A stretch of DNA of 63,926 nucleotides, counting the filler, from Octopus bimaculoides (taxonomy: Eukaryota): NCBI RefSeq assembly GCF_001194135.2. It is 8 parts of 8 records of this genome, joined end to end, with 100 filler letters (N's around TTAATTAATTAA, not from the genome) between each part and the next. Parts side by side here need not be neighbours in the genome. Positions count along the whole stretch, not along the records: positions 18,138 to 42,573 come from NC_068981.1; positions 42,674 to 46,940 come from NC_068996.1; positions 47,041 to 53,147 come from NC_068982.1; 5 more parts are not named here. One strand, given 5' to 3'. The translations under genes were made by a program, and so were the position numbers. Below are positions 36,304-49,146 of this stretch, piece by piece. The notes beneath the pieces are model-generated. The model ran no database searches, was not told where the DNA came from, and saw nothing but the letters and a program-made list of their open reading frames with translations. Each line of letters begins with the position of its first letter. The first letter of the stretch is position 1.

Positions 36304-36939
36304 CAAAAATTTATAGAATTTGAAATGATTTTTTCAAGACTTTTCTAAATTAACCTTATTAGATCTATTTAGGGGGTGGATTATATAGAGATGTGCAGTT
36401 AGTTTTCATTTCCAACCAAAAACTAGAGTAGTGATTATTCAATCTTGCCTTGAAGCTTGTATTGTATCACTAACATACACAAACCTAGATTTATCCATGA
36501 AGACTAAGCATTTATACACAATATTCTTGGTGAAACATTTATAATCTAAAGAACCAGAGGCAAGGTGTCTGCAGCTGCATAGTTTTATAGTGAATATGAT
36601 AGGGGAAGTTGTAGGGTTTCCTCAACCTGATGTTAACCAAGTTTGATAGGGGGTCAATGTTCTAGTGTTATGGGGTGTGGTGATGGTAGTAGTGCGGGAG
36701 TTATCCAATGATGTAATTTATTTTAGTTGTCATATGGGACATCTCCACCATTCACTACTTTGGTAATTGGCATTGCCTGATCTTTGTGTTAGTTGTGAGT
36801 AGTGAACGATGCAACTAATCTAGTGTTAGTGGATTAGATGTCTGCTCCAGTTTGAGGGTTAGAAATTGTGGGGTTACTAAGTAAGAATTGGGTATTAACT
36901 AGTGCTCTATTTACATTATTACTGCTACTCACATCTGAT

Positions 36940-39100
36940 TTAGTATCTTTCTATTGTGAAAGCAATGAATGATCCTGGCTATGTGAGATGTGGTGGAGGA
37001 AGACAATTTAATAAGCTTGTGGGTTGAAGATTTTCCTAAATGTGCTAGATCTAGGAAAGTGCTTTTCTAACAGTGAAAAGAAAAGTTTAGGTAGCTTACT
37101 TTGGACATTAAGGGCAAAGGGAATGTGTAAATCCTGATTATATCATGCATTCTTGTACATCTGCTTCATTTTAAGGGCTTACCACCATATCCCTTCAGGT
37201 GAGATGGCAAAAATTGATGTGAGTGCCTATGGGCAGCTTGTTGAGCAGGCTTGTCATGATAGTTAATTTGAGGGGAATAAGGGAAGGGTTTACTATGGGG
37301 TGGTAGGAGGAAACCAGAGACAGAGATATCCGCAGGGCCAGGTTCAAGGGGGTGGGAAGAGTCACTCCATACAGGAATATATCTAATTGGGTTCTTATAA
37401 CTAGCTCAATTTAGTGCACTGTTATAATATTCAGTATATTGATTGAATATTTCTTTATTGGCCGATAGAGAGGAAATTCTATAGGACACACTGACTATGA
37501 TAGATTTATAGTTCCTCACATGTTTTGTGACAGGCATGGAAGGAGTCATTTTGGAGATCTGATGTGACATTCAGGAAATCAGCAGTTTTAAGGTTGGAGG
37601 TAAAGGAGACATCAAGGCCTTTGTTCTTGAAGAATGATCTAATTCTTTATATATATTGCTTGATTTTCCTCCTATTACATCACTGGACCACAAATAGTGT
37701 CATCCCATTGTCTCACCATTGGAAATACAGGGGAAGAGATCATGGAGACAGTGGAGTAAGCAACATCCCATAAGGTCAGTCACCTGGTCCAAGTCACTAG
37801 ACCCCATTAGGATGTCAAAGTAATTGGGGGTATCCTTGTGGGCCCATAGTTTTACATCAAACTTGATACCAGTTCAGTGGACTGCTAGAATTATATCCAC
37901 ATCTTTTCTAGTGAAGTTGGGATTTTTAAGGGTGAAGATTAGAGCTTTATTAAGCAGAATAGGTGAAATGCTAGAATAATACTGGTCTATAAAGTGGTGA
38001 GCTGGCAGAATTGTTACCATGCTGGGCAAAATGCTTAGTGATATTGCATCTGTTTTTACATTCTGAGTTCAAATTCTGTCGAGGTCGACTTTGTCTTTCA
38101 TCCTTTTGGAGTCAATAAAATAAGTACTAGTTGAGTACCAGGGTTGATGTAATCAACTTACCCCATACTCCCAAATTGTTAGCCTTGTGTCAAAATTTCA
38201 AACCAATAATAATAGTTTATATAAACTTGAATGAATTTATATATATTCTTATGGGATAAGAATTTAAACCATTGGATAACCTTCATTCTGTTAGATCAGA
38301 GGTTTAACAGAATCTTAGAATGAAGGTAGGGTAATACTTTATCAATGACTTTGCTTATTCTAACTTAGAGATAAGTGAGGTGAAGAGAAGGGTTTGCAAC
38401 AAAATTATCTTTGTGGTGGTTTAAGTTAATGTGGGGGTGGTCTGGGATCAAATGGTTCAGTCTTATTCTTCAGACTGAGATTAAAAACTAAATCACAAAT
38501 CCTTTGGTTAATTTCTTTTAAAACAGAATCTGATACCATTTTGTAGCTGCTTGAGCTCAAGTTTCTGGTATCCAGTGGTACACTACATAGGTTTCCAGTT
38601 TTATCTGTGTGGACAAGAATTCTATTGTACTTCTTATGTTTCCTAATCAAGTTGTAAATTTTCATCAGGTGAGGGTTGAGCACATGGTTCCTAGGTTTAA
38701 ACTTTGTATTCCTTATTAAACTAATTAAATCCTTCTTGAAATTATCCAGATTGCTGTTAGGAAAGGGTTTTTCCAAGATCTAAATTCATTGAGGGAGGCT
38801 TGGTGATTACTGTTTTCAGGATTTATAGAAGAATTGTTACCAAAGAAGAAGGCCTTCCACCTGATATGGTGAATCGGTTCATTTGTGCTATGAATCATAA
38901 GACTCATATACTTGTTTTTATTTGTTAAAGAGATATCCTTAAACAACAGGTTCAACTTGAGTTTATTGCATTCCTGTGGCTTCCACACTGTTAGTATTCT
39001 CAAGAGTTGGAACAAAATTTCAGTATATAAATATGATTCAGGGATCTGAGTGTAGGAAGTTTATAAGTTTCAAGTGATAGGCAACTGGTGTAGAGAACAA
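36940..39100 (-). mobile_element. Near-complete decayed Penelope-like element ORF (N-terminal region, RT, linker)
   Basis: Colinear motifs on the minus strand: HIRWKAFFF (~38860), RILVHTDKTGNL (~38600), NHHKDNFVANP..VIQWF (~38270-38420), YFDILMGSSD (~37810), WDD (~37700), FFKNKGL..ADFLNVTSDL (~37560-37630), LLEKHFPRSSTFRKIFN (~37030-37085) and FHNRKILN (~36950). Interrupted by a SINE. Confidence 0.85.
37994..38212 (+). mobile_element. Full-length tRNA-derived SINE family B nested in the Penelope-like element
   Basis: A-box-like gagctggcagaattg, B-box-like gagttcaaattct, gtcgactttgtctttcatcc core, and a caaaatttcaaaccaataat end. Confidence 0.88.
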
Positions 39101-39375
39101 AAGTGGACAGTCTATGATAAGATAACAATCCTTCACCATTAATTTTTTGTCATTCTCCTATTATCCTACGATATGCTTGGTACTATATTATGATGCAATG
39201 CACTGTGAGGTGTGCAGTATTATTTCAGGACACCTTCCACCAAATTTCAAGCAGGGGTATAACAAAAGTTTTCCATTATGATTTGGGTTTAAATTAATGA
39301 ATAAGATTAATATTTATAAATTTGCCATTTTTGATGGGTGCAGTACACCTGGAATATACACCCCCTGATATATAT

Positions 39376-42225
39376 GTAGTAGTAGTAATAGTAATAGTAG
39401 TAGTAGTCGGCATCTGGCAGTCTCTAGAGGCCATGGATCTGCACCCAAAGAAATTGTGTCAACTGCTGATGGTGGTGCAGCATCTATTGTGGCCGTACAG
39501 GCCCACATGGGAGTGGCAGTCATGCATACAGTGACCACATTTGAAGGAGCTTTCTGCCAGCACTACTGGTTTTTCCTCCCATTGAGTGTGCGTTTCTTTG
39601 ATGGTGAGTTCTTGTTTTACTTCTGCTCACTTCATCCCCTTTTGCAGTATTTGTCTCCAGTGTGGATGATCATTTGCAACCTCCTCCCATCTCAGGATGT
39701 CCAGATCATGCAACTTCATATCCCTCTTACAGATGTCCTTAAAACAAAGATGAGGTCATCCTCCTGGTCTTGTGCTGGTGGCTAATTCCCCATGCAGGAG
39801 GTCTTTTGGGATCCTCCCATCTGGCATGCAATGTACATGACTGAGCCAGTACAGAAAACACTGCTGGAGCAGAGTGAGTATATTGGTCATCTTGAGTATG
39901 TTGGGTTTGTTGACAACTTCAGTGTTGGTAATGTAGCCAGTCCACTTGATATCCAAGATGCATTTCAAATTACTAAGGTGGAAGATGTTGAGATGCCACT
40001 CCTGTCTGGAGTCAAGGCTTCATGTCTCACTGCTGTAAATTAGCATCTTATAGACAGCAATCTTGGTGTTTGCAACCACTTTTTTGTTTTCTCAGACTCT
40101 CTTTGTGAGCCTCGTAAATGTGGAGGATGCTTGTCTGACTTACCTGATGATCTCAGGGTCCAGGGAGAGATCATTAGCAATGGTAGAGCCAGGGTAGGTG
40201 AATTCATGCTTGTTGTTGTAGTTGTTGATGGTGATGGTGGTGGGATGCTTGGCACTTTGGCCCAGTACTTTGGTCTTCTTCAGACTGATAGTCAGCCTGA
40301 ATTCCTGACAGGCCTTTGAAAGTTTGTCTATGAGGTGCTGCATTTACTCCTCAGAGTGCACTGTCTGTGCTGCATCATCCGCAAACAGCATTTCTCTGAT
40401 GAGTACCTGGTGCACCCAGGATTTTGCTTTCAACCTCAACAGACTAAACAGTTTACTGTCTGATCTGATGTGAAGGTAAACACCATTAGTTGATGTCCCA
40501 AATGCATGTTTCAGCTTGACTGCAAATAAGATGCCAAACAGGGTAGAAGAGAGAAGACCTTGTCAATGGTGAAGCATTCTGATCTGAAACCCCTCTGAGA
40601 TACGGGGTATACCCTTTCAGGGATTTTCTGCAGTCTGTTTAGGACCATGCAGGCAAAGAACTTTGTGACGATGCTTAACAGCGAGATGCCTTGGTAATTA
40701 TTGCAGTCACTTTTCTCCCCTTTGTTTTTATATAGGGTGACAATGTTACAGTCTTTCATGTCTTGTGGGACTGATCCCTCCTCCCAGCATTGACACAGTA
40801 GTTTCAGTATATGGCTAAGTAGAACTCTCCTTGCACATCTGATGATCTCTGATGGGATGCCATTCAAACCTGGTGTTTTTTTAGTGTGCAAGCCATCAAT
40901 AGCTCTTCTCAGTTCTTCAACAGTTGGCAGTGTGTCCAGTTCCTCCATGATAGGTAGGTGTTCTATGGTGTCTAGCACACAGTTCGAGATGTCATTTCCC
41001 TTGGCATAGAGTTCAGAATAATATTCCACTCATCTCTTCAGCTGCTCTCTTTTGCCCTTGATAACTTCCCCTGTTCTGAATTTGAGTGGAGCTATCTTGC
41101 TCTGGCTTGGGCGAATGACTTTCTTGATGTCCTCATACATTCCATGAATGTTGCCCATATCAAACAAAAGTTGCATATCTACACAAAGTTGTAACCAGTA
41201 GTTCTTTGCACACCATCTCACATGTTGTTCCTTGCTGATCTCGAAGTTTGCACCATTGCCCTGGTGGGTTGGTGTTTGTGCTTCAGTAAGGCAGCAGGCT
41301 TCTCCTCCAAGAGGTATTGAGCTATTTCACACTCACTTTAAACCAGTCTTGTGTCATTTTCCTCCTCCTCTCAAAGGCCTTCAGTGCAGTGCTATAGATG
41401 ATGTTCATGAGAGAGTCCTATCTCTGCTGAACATTGCTTTCTGGTGGGTCTGCAAGGAGAGTGTCTTCCAGTGTCTTAGGTAGCTTCTGGGTTGCAGTAG
41501 CCTTGATATGCCACTTGCTTGGAGGCTTTGCGCAGAGCATCATTTTTGGTTGGAGTTTGAGACTGCAACAAACCAAGGAATGGTCTGTGTCAGTCAGTGC
41601 TCTGAAAAGACTGTGTCAGGAGGACATTCCTCAGGTGGTTGCATCTTGTGACAATCAAATCTAGCTGGTGCCAGTCCCCTGAGTGAAGTTGATGTCAGGT
41701 GACCCTCTGTTGAACTTTGGTCTGGAAGTAGGTATTTGTGATACATAGTCCATGGAGCATGCAGAGCTCAAGCAGCCATTGCCTATTTTTATTTATGTTG
41801 CCACAACCCCATACTGACCCAGATACCCTAGCCAGGAGTTGTGATCGGCTCCCACTCTGGTGTTGTAGTCAACAAGTAGCACCAGCTGCCCTCCATTTCA
41901 CATCACCTGTATTTTCCTAGAGAGCTGATTATAGAATTTATCTTTGGCATCTTGTGAGAAATAGAGAGTTGGAGCATAGGAACTGATAAGGTTGACAGGC
42001 CCATCAGAAGTATGCAATCGAAGTGAGAGTATCCACTCTGAACCATTGCTGCTGAGTTCTACCAACTTCAGCAGAGAGTTCTCCATGGCAAAGCTGACAC
42101 CATACTCTCTGAATTCATCTATGCCTTTCCTTTGTCAGAAAAAGGTACACTCTCTTTCACGAAGGAAGGTAATCACACCAACACTTGTTGTGAAGTAGTG
42201 GGGGTGGTAGACAAACGCAAAGACA
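39376..42225 (-). mobile_element. RTE LINE, BovB-like, decayed (APE endonuclease + RT + C-terminus + (TAC)n tail)
   Basis: APE: GVSFAM..RLHT..VNLISSYAPT. RT: KTPGLNGIPSE, WEEGSVPQDMKDCNIVTLYKNKGEKSDCNNYQGISLLS, LIREMLFADDAA. C-terminus: WLSHVHCMPDGRIPKDLLHGEL..RP. The microsatellite tail is at 39376-39407. Confidence 0.92.
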
Positions 42226-42235
42226 CACGTAGATA

Positions 42236-42573
42236 TTGTCGTCGTCGTTTAACGTCCGCTTTCCATGCTAGCATGGGTTGGACGATTTGACTGAGGACTG
42301 GTGAAACCAGATGGCTACACCAGGCTCCAATCTGATTTGGCAGAGTTTCTACAGTTGGATGCCCTTCCTAACGCCAACAACTCAGAGAGTGTAGTGGGTG
42401 CTTTTACGTGTCACCTGCACGAAGGTCAGTCAGGCGGTACTGGCAACGGCCACGCTCAAAATGGTGCATTTCATGCGCCACCCGCACAAGAGCCAGTCCA
42501 GGGGCACTGGCAACGATCTCGCTCGAAAGATTTCATGTGTCGCCCGCACATGAGCCAGTCCAGGGGCACTGGC
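42236..42573 (-). mobile_element. Young, CpG-rich family C LINE-tail element with tandem units, running into a spacer
   Basis: gtcgtcgtcgtttaacgtccgctttccatgctagcatgggttggacg...; gagccagtccaggggcactggc occurs twice. Nearly identical to 62079-62310. Confidence 0.85.
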
Positions 42574-42739
42574 NNNNNNNNNNNNNNNNNNNNNNNNNNN
42601 NNNNNNNNNNNNNNNNNTTAATTAATTAANNNNNNNNNNNNNNNNNNNNNNNNNNNNNNNNNNNNNNNNNNNNGCCCATGTGGCGCAAAGGAGCGAAGAT
42701 AGAAGATTAATCCCTGTTCACGGCGCAAACGGGAGTCCG

Positions 42740-42778
<39 letters not shown>

Positions 42779-42974
42779 TGTATATGTACACGTATATCTA
42801 TAGATATATATATAGATATAGATCTATATGCATACATGTATATGTATACATATGTGTAGATGTATATATATATAGGTGTACATCTAATATGTACACATAT
42901 ATAAATGTATACAGATATCTATACATATATACACCCATACACACACACATATATGCACACAAACACACACATTA

Positions 42975-44486
42975 GTAATTTGTTTTCTTATCCAAAACTA
43001 CGTCAAAAGTATTGAATGGATCATTATGAAATTTGGAAATTATATTCTATGCATAATGGCCATAACTTCCATGAAAATTCATATATTTTTGATGTTGATG
43101 ATATTTTAACCATACATATTACACACAAATAAAGTAATATTTCTAAAAAATTTTCTTCTTAGAAGTTACAAAGACCCCTTCATGTCTGTTTATTATCACT
43201 GCGACACATATAGTCCCCAGCTGGTAACATTGATTTCAAGGCCTTCCCGGATGAGTGACTGGTTGTTCTAAGACATTTATTGATTGTAAATNNNNNNNNN
43301 NAGTGACTGGTTGTTCTAAGACATTTATTGATTGTAAATATTTTCTGCCCAGTTACCTATCGGTATAGTGGTCATTTGCAAACTCCAGAGGCGACATTTT
43401 CATTTCTCTTTACTCCAAACGTCACACATTGTTGTTTCTATTGAGTCATGCCCTTCCAATTGCTATAGATCCATAATGCATCTTAAAGCTGTGCCTGTCA
43501 CCTGTATGGTGAGGAATCCTACATTGGGGAGTAGTAACGACTAGGCTACGGTAGCTGACTGATTATCGTGATCATTCGTCTTTTGCTTTCCTGTAGCTTT
43601 GCTCTCTTTTACAAACCCAGTGAACATACATATATTTCCTATTTCAAAGAAATTCAAACAATACATATTACACACAAGTTAAAAAGATTCCCAACAATTA
43701 AACTTCTCTGGTTGACATTACTTCACCTATCACCAATAGGGGCCTTAACTCCCACNNNNNNNNNNNNNNNNNNNNNNNNNNNNNNNNNNNNNNNNNNNNN
43801 NNNNNNNNNNNNNNNNNNNNNNNNNNNNNNNNNNNNNNNNNNNNNNNNNNNNNNNNNNNNNNNNNNNNNNNNNNNNNNNNNNNNNNNNNNNNNNNNNNNN
43901 NNNNNNNNNNNNNNNNNNNNNNNNNNNNNNNNNNNNNNNNNNNNNNNNNNNNNNNNNNNNNNNNNNNNNNNNNNNNNNNNNNNNNNNNNNNNNNNNNNNN
44001 NNNNNNNNNNNNNNNNNNNNNNNNNNNNNNNNNNNNNNNNNNNNNNNNNNNNTAAATATTTTCACTTTAATATTTTCAATTTCATACTGAAACTATTAAA
44101 GTGAGACTATACTCTCACATATATACAGGCATACTATAAAACATTCCCAACAATTCAACTTCTCTGGTTGACATTAACACCCCCACCTCCAATAGGGGCC
44201 TTCATTCCCACATTTTAGAGCTCCATGAGCTCCATTTTGCAGGAGCAAAATCTTTTTACAGGTTCCAGAAGACTGAAATTTTGGAATATGCGCATAAAGA
44301 TCAATAGTATGGGATACATGTCTCATGATTAGAATTTTTTAGGGCGTGTAAAGCGGGAAAGAACCCTCATGTGCAATTTTGATGAATTTCGTATCATATG
44401 TATTCCAGTTCCTTACAGAAAATATAACAGAAAAGTCTCATTTTTCAATTGCATGTAACACGGGCAACGCCGGGTATCTCTGCTAG
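42975..44486 (+). mobile_element. Non-autonomous Helitron-like sequence
   Basis: The 3' end is hairpin-like cacgggcaacgccgggt + atctctgCTAG|T (44483-44486). A ~68-bp unit repeats at 43688 and 44143, and aaaactacgtc..atcattatgaaatttgg lies near 42990. The 5' boundary is uncertain. Confidence 0.55.
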
Positions 44487-44639
44487 TATATAATATTTGA
44501 ATAAAAAAGAAGCACAATGCCATGTTATCATTTAGTAACTATAAAAAGAAGGTATAAACACGTTAGGACTCTGTATATCTAGCAATCTCTCTCTTGCCTC
44601 TTAATGATGGTCTCCTCTTAAACACTCAGTCTATATACA

Positions 44640-44900
44640 TATGTATATATACATATGTACATACATGCATACACACTTGTCTATATACAGATGTACATAC
44701 ATGCATACACACTTGTTTATATACATATGTACATACATGCATACACACTTGTCTATATGCATATGTGCATACATGCATACACACTTGTCTATATACATAT
44801 GTACATACATGCATACACACTTGTCTATATATATATATATGTACATACATGCATACACACTCGTCTCTATATATATATATGTACATACATGCATACACAC
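44640..44900. repeat. 36-bp minisatellite, about 7 copies
   Basis: Unit approximately acatatgtacatacatgcatacacacttgtctatat; it produces the 12-aa repeats in the ORF track. Confidence 0.85.
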
Positions 44901-46291
44901 TCACGCATACTCATATACACGTACTCACACATTTGAAACTCATTTTGATTAGAACTTCAGGTTTCACTTGATGGTTAGTTCAACCCACCTGGTTCAATAA
45001 GCCGTCAACTGAAACTTAAAGACCCACTCAAAACGAGTTTATAATAAATTTGTCACTACCTCATTATTAAGTCTTCTCACCAATGATTGCACTCTTTATT
45101 CTGAAATTCACTTTAAAATAATCTGAATTTCGTTAAACTCGCACATCTTGTTTTACGAAAAAATAACAACAAAAAATAATTTACATATAAATGTCAGTGT
45201 CCAATACAAGCAAAAATTTTGTTGAAACCACTCTCGATATCCTACTGACATCTCAGACATTACAAATATTGAAATAACGGTTAGCGACAACACATGTGTT
45301 GCTTTACAAAACGCACCAACTACGGAGAACGAATGTTAATGGGAAAATATACTCTCATGACCAAAGCATAAAAATTATAACAACCGAATGTCAGAACCAG
45401 ATCTATGTGTTCTTCAGTATTCGGTGTCCTTCAGTATTTCTCAGAGCTCACTAATGGTTCATCTCCTATAGGTCTTTATTCGGGTTCGCTCACAACTATT
45501 AACAATATAAGTTCTTGATAAAGGGCAGATAAGTAAGTAGACCTGACCAGACGTGTAGCACAGAAAATTAAACGCAACGCTGTGTTTAGATTTAACCATT
45601 TACTTTTTCATTTCCGGTCTGGTTAAGAAAGGATTGGGTTTTCGTCGCCAGGATTAATGATATTTGTATTTGTAGTATGATTAAATTGGTTCGATCTAAA
45701 TGTCTGCATTTATCTGAACAAAGCAGTATTAGCTAATACTGGGTCCTTGAATAAAAATTGACGTTCTTACTGGATAGAAACCTGAATTCAGTTTTAATTC
45801 TCGTTCCAAGATGTTTTACATTTTTATTTTAAAGCTTGTTTTTGAGAAAGGCTTGAACATTGCAAATTTCTAATTTCTAATAAATTAATTAGTTAATTAA
45901 AAAAACTAAAATACAAAAACAACTAGTGAAACATGAGAAATTAATGAAAGCGAACGTTGAATGTTTTGATGGTTAAATTTACGTTTCACTTATAAGTAAA
46001 ATAGAAACGAGAAACATTGTTTCATTCAGTCTGTTGTAGAACCTCGCACTAAAATTTTCAACCATGCATTTAATCAAAAGAAACCGATATTAGCACTTAG
46101 ATTTTTATTTCATTTCACACATTTACCATTCTATCATTCATTCATTTAATCTTTCTTTTTCTTCTTATCTATTTTATTTCTTTCCTTCTTTTAAATATTG
46201 TACAATATCATATTAGCATTTAATGGAGTTTTTATAATTGCTTCGTCAATTTTTTTATCATTTATTTATTTATCTTTTTCTTATTTATATT

Positions 46292-46415
<124 letters not shown>

Positions 46416-46767
46416 CTAGCTGAAAGAAAATATCCTATATTGAGTAAAATCCCATTCAGCAATGAGTATCGATTGCTTCTTCTTATTCAAGTTTGCAAAG
46501 TAATAGGCGTCACAGATATATTTGATTGTTGTTTAATAATTGCCTTGTGATATTCAGAAACTCTAACCATCCACTCTTTTGTTTTCATAATAATATAGAC
46601 ATTTTCTAGATCAGGTTTATGGTGTTTTTATAAATATTGTTCTTTCTTGATTAGCTTTTCAAGTTATACGGCCAATTTCTTCCAGTTCGCTTAGGCTGCA
46701 ATCTAGTAATGTAATTCCATCAAAAATATTTGTTGTTATGGTTGTTGTAGTTGATGTAGTTGTTGTT

Positions 46768-46809
<42 letters not shown>

Positions 46810-46902
46810 AAATATTTTGATATGTATGCAAAGGTGTATGTAGTCGTCATATTGTGTGTGAGTATATATGTATATATATACGTGTGTGTATGTGTGTGTG
46901 GG

Positions 46903-46940
<38 letters not shown>

Positions 46941-47247
46941 NNNNNNNNNNNNNNNNNNNNNNNNNNNNNNNNNNNNNNNNNNNNTTAATTAATTAANNNN
47001 NNNNNNNNNNNNNNNNNNNNNNNNNNNNNNNNNNNNNNNNATCTATATCATATATTTCAGTAATTCTTTTTGAATGTTTTCAACATATTGTCGATGGGCA
47101 TTGGAGCTTAAAGCGTACAGAACCAGAAAAAATGCCGCTAAGAAATTTGTATGACGCACTAACAGTTCTGTGAGCTCGCCACCTTCAACTGAACATTTCT
47201 TCCACTCAATTTCTCATGTAGAACGTCAGTCGAATCAAAGTTATAAT

Positions 47248-47463
47248 GGTTTTTCAAATTTTGGCCGAGGACCAGCAGTTGTGTGAGTGGTGAGTAAGTC
47301 AATTATATCGAATCCCAATGTTCAACTGATGCTCATTGTATCGATTCGGAAAGAACGAAAGGTAAAGTTGACCTCAGCGGAATTTGAACTCAGAACATAA
47401 AGACGGACGAAATGCCGCAATGCATTTTTCTCGGCGTGCTAACGATTCAACGGTTGGCCGCCG
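47248..47463 (-). mobile_element. SINE family B
   Basis: ggtttttcaaatttt...aaaggtaaagttgacctcagcggaatttgaactcagaac...ggcgtgctaacgatt. Confidence 0.8.
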
Positions 47464-48218
47464 TAATAGAAGTTATATATAAAAAAAGACACTTAATCAA
47501 GGCGCTGTGCAGCGGAATTGAACCAGAAACTATGTGATTGCGAAACGAACTTTTAAAGGAGACTGACACGTCTGCACCGTGCAGGTTTCAATCAGAGTGT
47601 ACATCTTTACAAAGACAGTAAATGTTACAGTCACTCTTCTTTGTTTCCAAGCCATTGTCGATGCACCAGTATTGCTAGGTTAAATATTTCACATACAGAT
47701 GTCAGTGAGAGACGAAGGAACGTATATAGTTGCACGCTTAATAAGAAATCAATCATTTATTTTAATATTCATGACTGGATCTGAAACTGAGCAGAAATAA
47801 AATGAAATACTCTCTTGAGATGAATTATTTAGGCCTGATCATTTCTGCCTCAATGAACAGGCGCCAGAATCTAAATTAAGATTTCGATGTAAAAGAAAAT
47901 GAAAGACACAGAATTAGAATAATAATTATTTCTTTTGACTAGATACCAATGCGGGATGAAAAGAAACGTTGGAGATTTGAACATGAGGTAATGTGGCACT
48001 GAATTACATGGTGCAATTCATCATGTTTGAAGCCTGAAGTACTTTCTCTGCATTCCCTCCCAACTAACTCATTTAAACTAATAATCAAATAATCATATGA
48101 GATCCAATATTTAATCAAATGATAATTAAAATAACCTCATCTATATATAATAATAATAATAGTGAAACAGAAGTTCATACATATCACAGACTGACGTCAT
48201 TCATTCACTCAAGATATA

Positions 48219-48300
48219 CAGTAATCCCTCGACTATCGCGGATGTTACGTTCCAAAAACTCCCGCGATAGGTGAAAATCCGCAAAGTAGAAACAGTACTG
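48219..48300. mobile_element. Short pogo/Tigger-like MITE remnant
   Basis: TA|CAGTAATCCCTCG...CAGTACTG|TA ends, with an internal inverted pair ctatcgcgg/ccgcgatag. Confidence 0.5.
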
Positions 48301-48354
48301 TATATATATTTTAATTACTTTCATAATTTGTATATATTTATTTTATTATAAATA

Positions 48355-48546
48355 TCCCCCCAACATCGCTTGACAACCGATGCTGGTGTGTTTACGTCCC
48401 CGTAACTTAGCGGTTCGACAAAAGAGAGAACGATAGAATAAGTACTAGGCTTACAAAGAATAAGTCCTGGGGTCGATTTGCTCGACTAAAGGCAGTGCTC
48501 CAGCATGGCCACAGTCAAATGACTGAACCAAGTAAAAGAGTAAAAG
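48355..48546 (+). mobile_element. 3' half of SINE family A (CpG-rich)
   Basis: ccccccaacatcgcttgacaaccgatgctggtgtgtttacgtccccgtaacttagcggttcg...gactgaaccaagtaaaagagtaaaag. Confidence 0.88.
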
Positions 48547-49100
48547 TGGTGTAAGCATAACCATTCATGGTACATATCATCTCGTGACCGAATCATACCA
48601 CTTTGCAAGCCCAGGAAGTCCGTGCAAACGTTCCACAAAATCCAAAAGTTGGTGTACAGGAATTTGTATTGAGTGGATAAGGTGCTGCACAGTACTAAAC
48701 CCACTTTTCTGCGCAGTCAGCTGTAAACCCAGTGGCACAACAGAGGCTGGGACGACAAGGAACCAGCTGCACTTCAATTTTTTTTCTATTTCGTTATACG
48801 AGTTTACCTTCTCTATTAGAAGGAAGTTCTAACGAGACCTCTGGGTCCTTCAACAATAGCCGTTCATATGTTAGCAAGCTCTTAGCTGAACCCTAATAGG
48901 TACTACTACTCTGGGTTAGGGTAAACCGGGGAACGACAGTGGCCAAGAGATGGTGTCATACTGTCAATAACACTGAAACTCTTGTACCAGGACCACCACT
49001 GCCGAATGCAGTTTAAAATCCTATTCAGGGCATACATACAAACATTCATACATGTATACTTATACGCACACACACATAATTGTATCTTCATATATATGGG

Positions 49101-49146
<46 letters not shown>

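Noticed and set aside
37994-38080. tRNA genes at SINE heads (also 12364 and 34776)
   Set aside because: A/B-box-like motifs are present, but there is no cloverleaf and each continues into SINE body sequence.
43254-43339. 38-bp direct repeat
   Set aside because: Same artefact: exact copies flanking a 10-N gap.
45060-45450. Possible LINE RT fragment (LLTNDCTLY)
   Set aside because: The motif similarity is weak and the putative motifs are out of order.
48577-48832. Overlapping short ORFs with non-repetitive composition
   Set aside because: No recognisable family motif or convincing splice sites; possibly an old LINE fragment.
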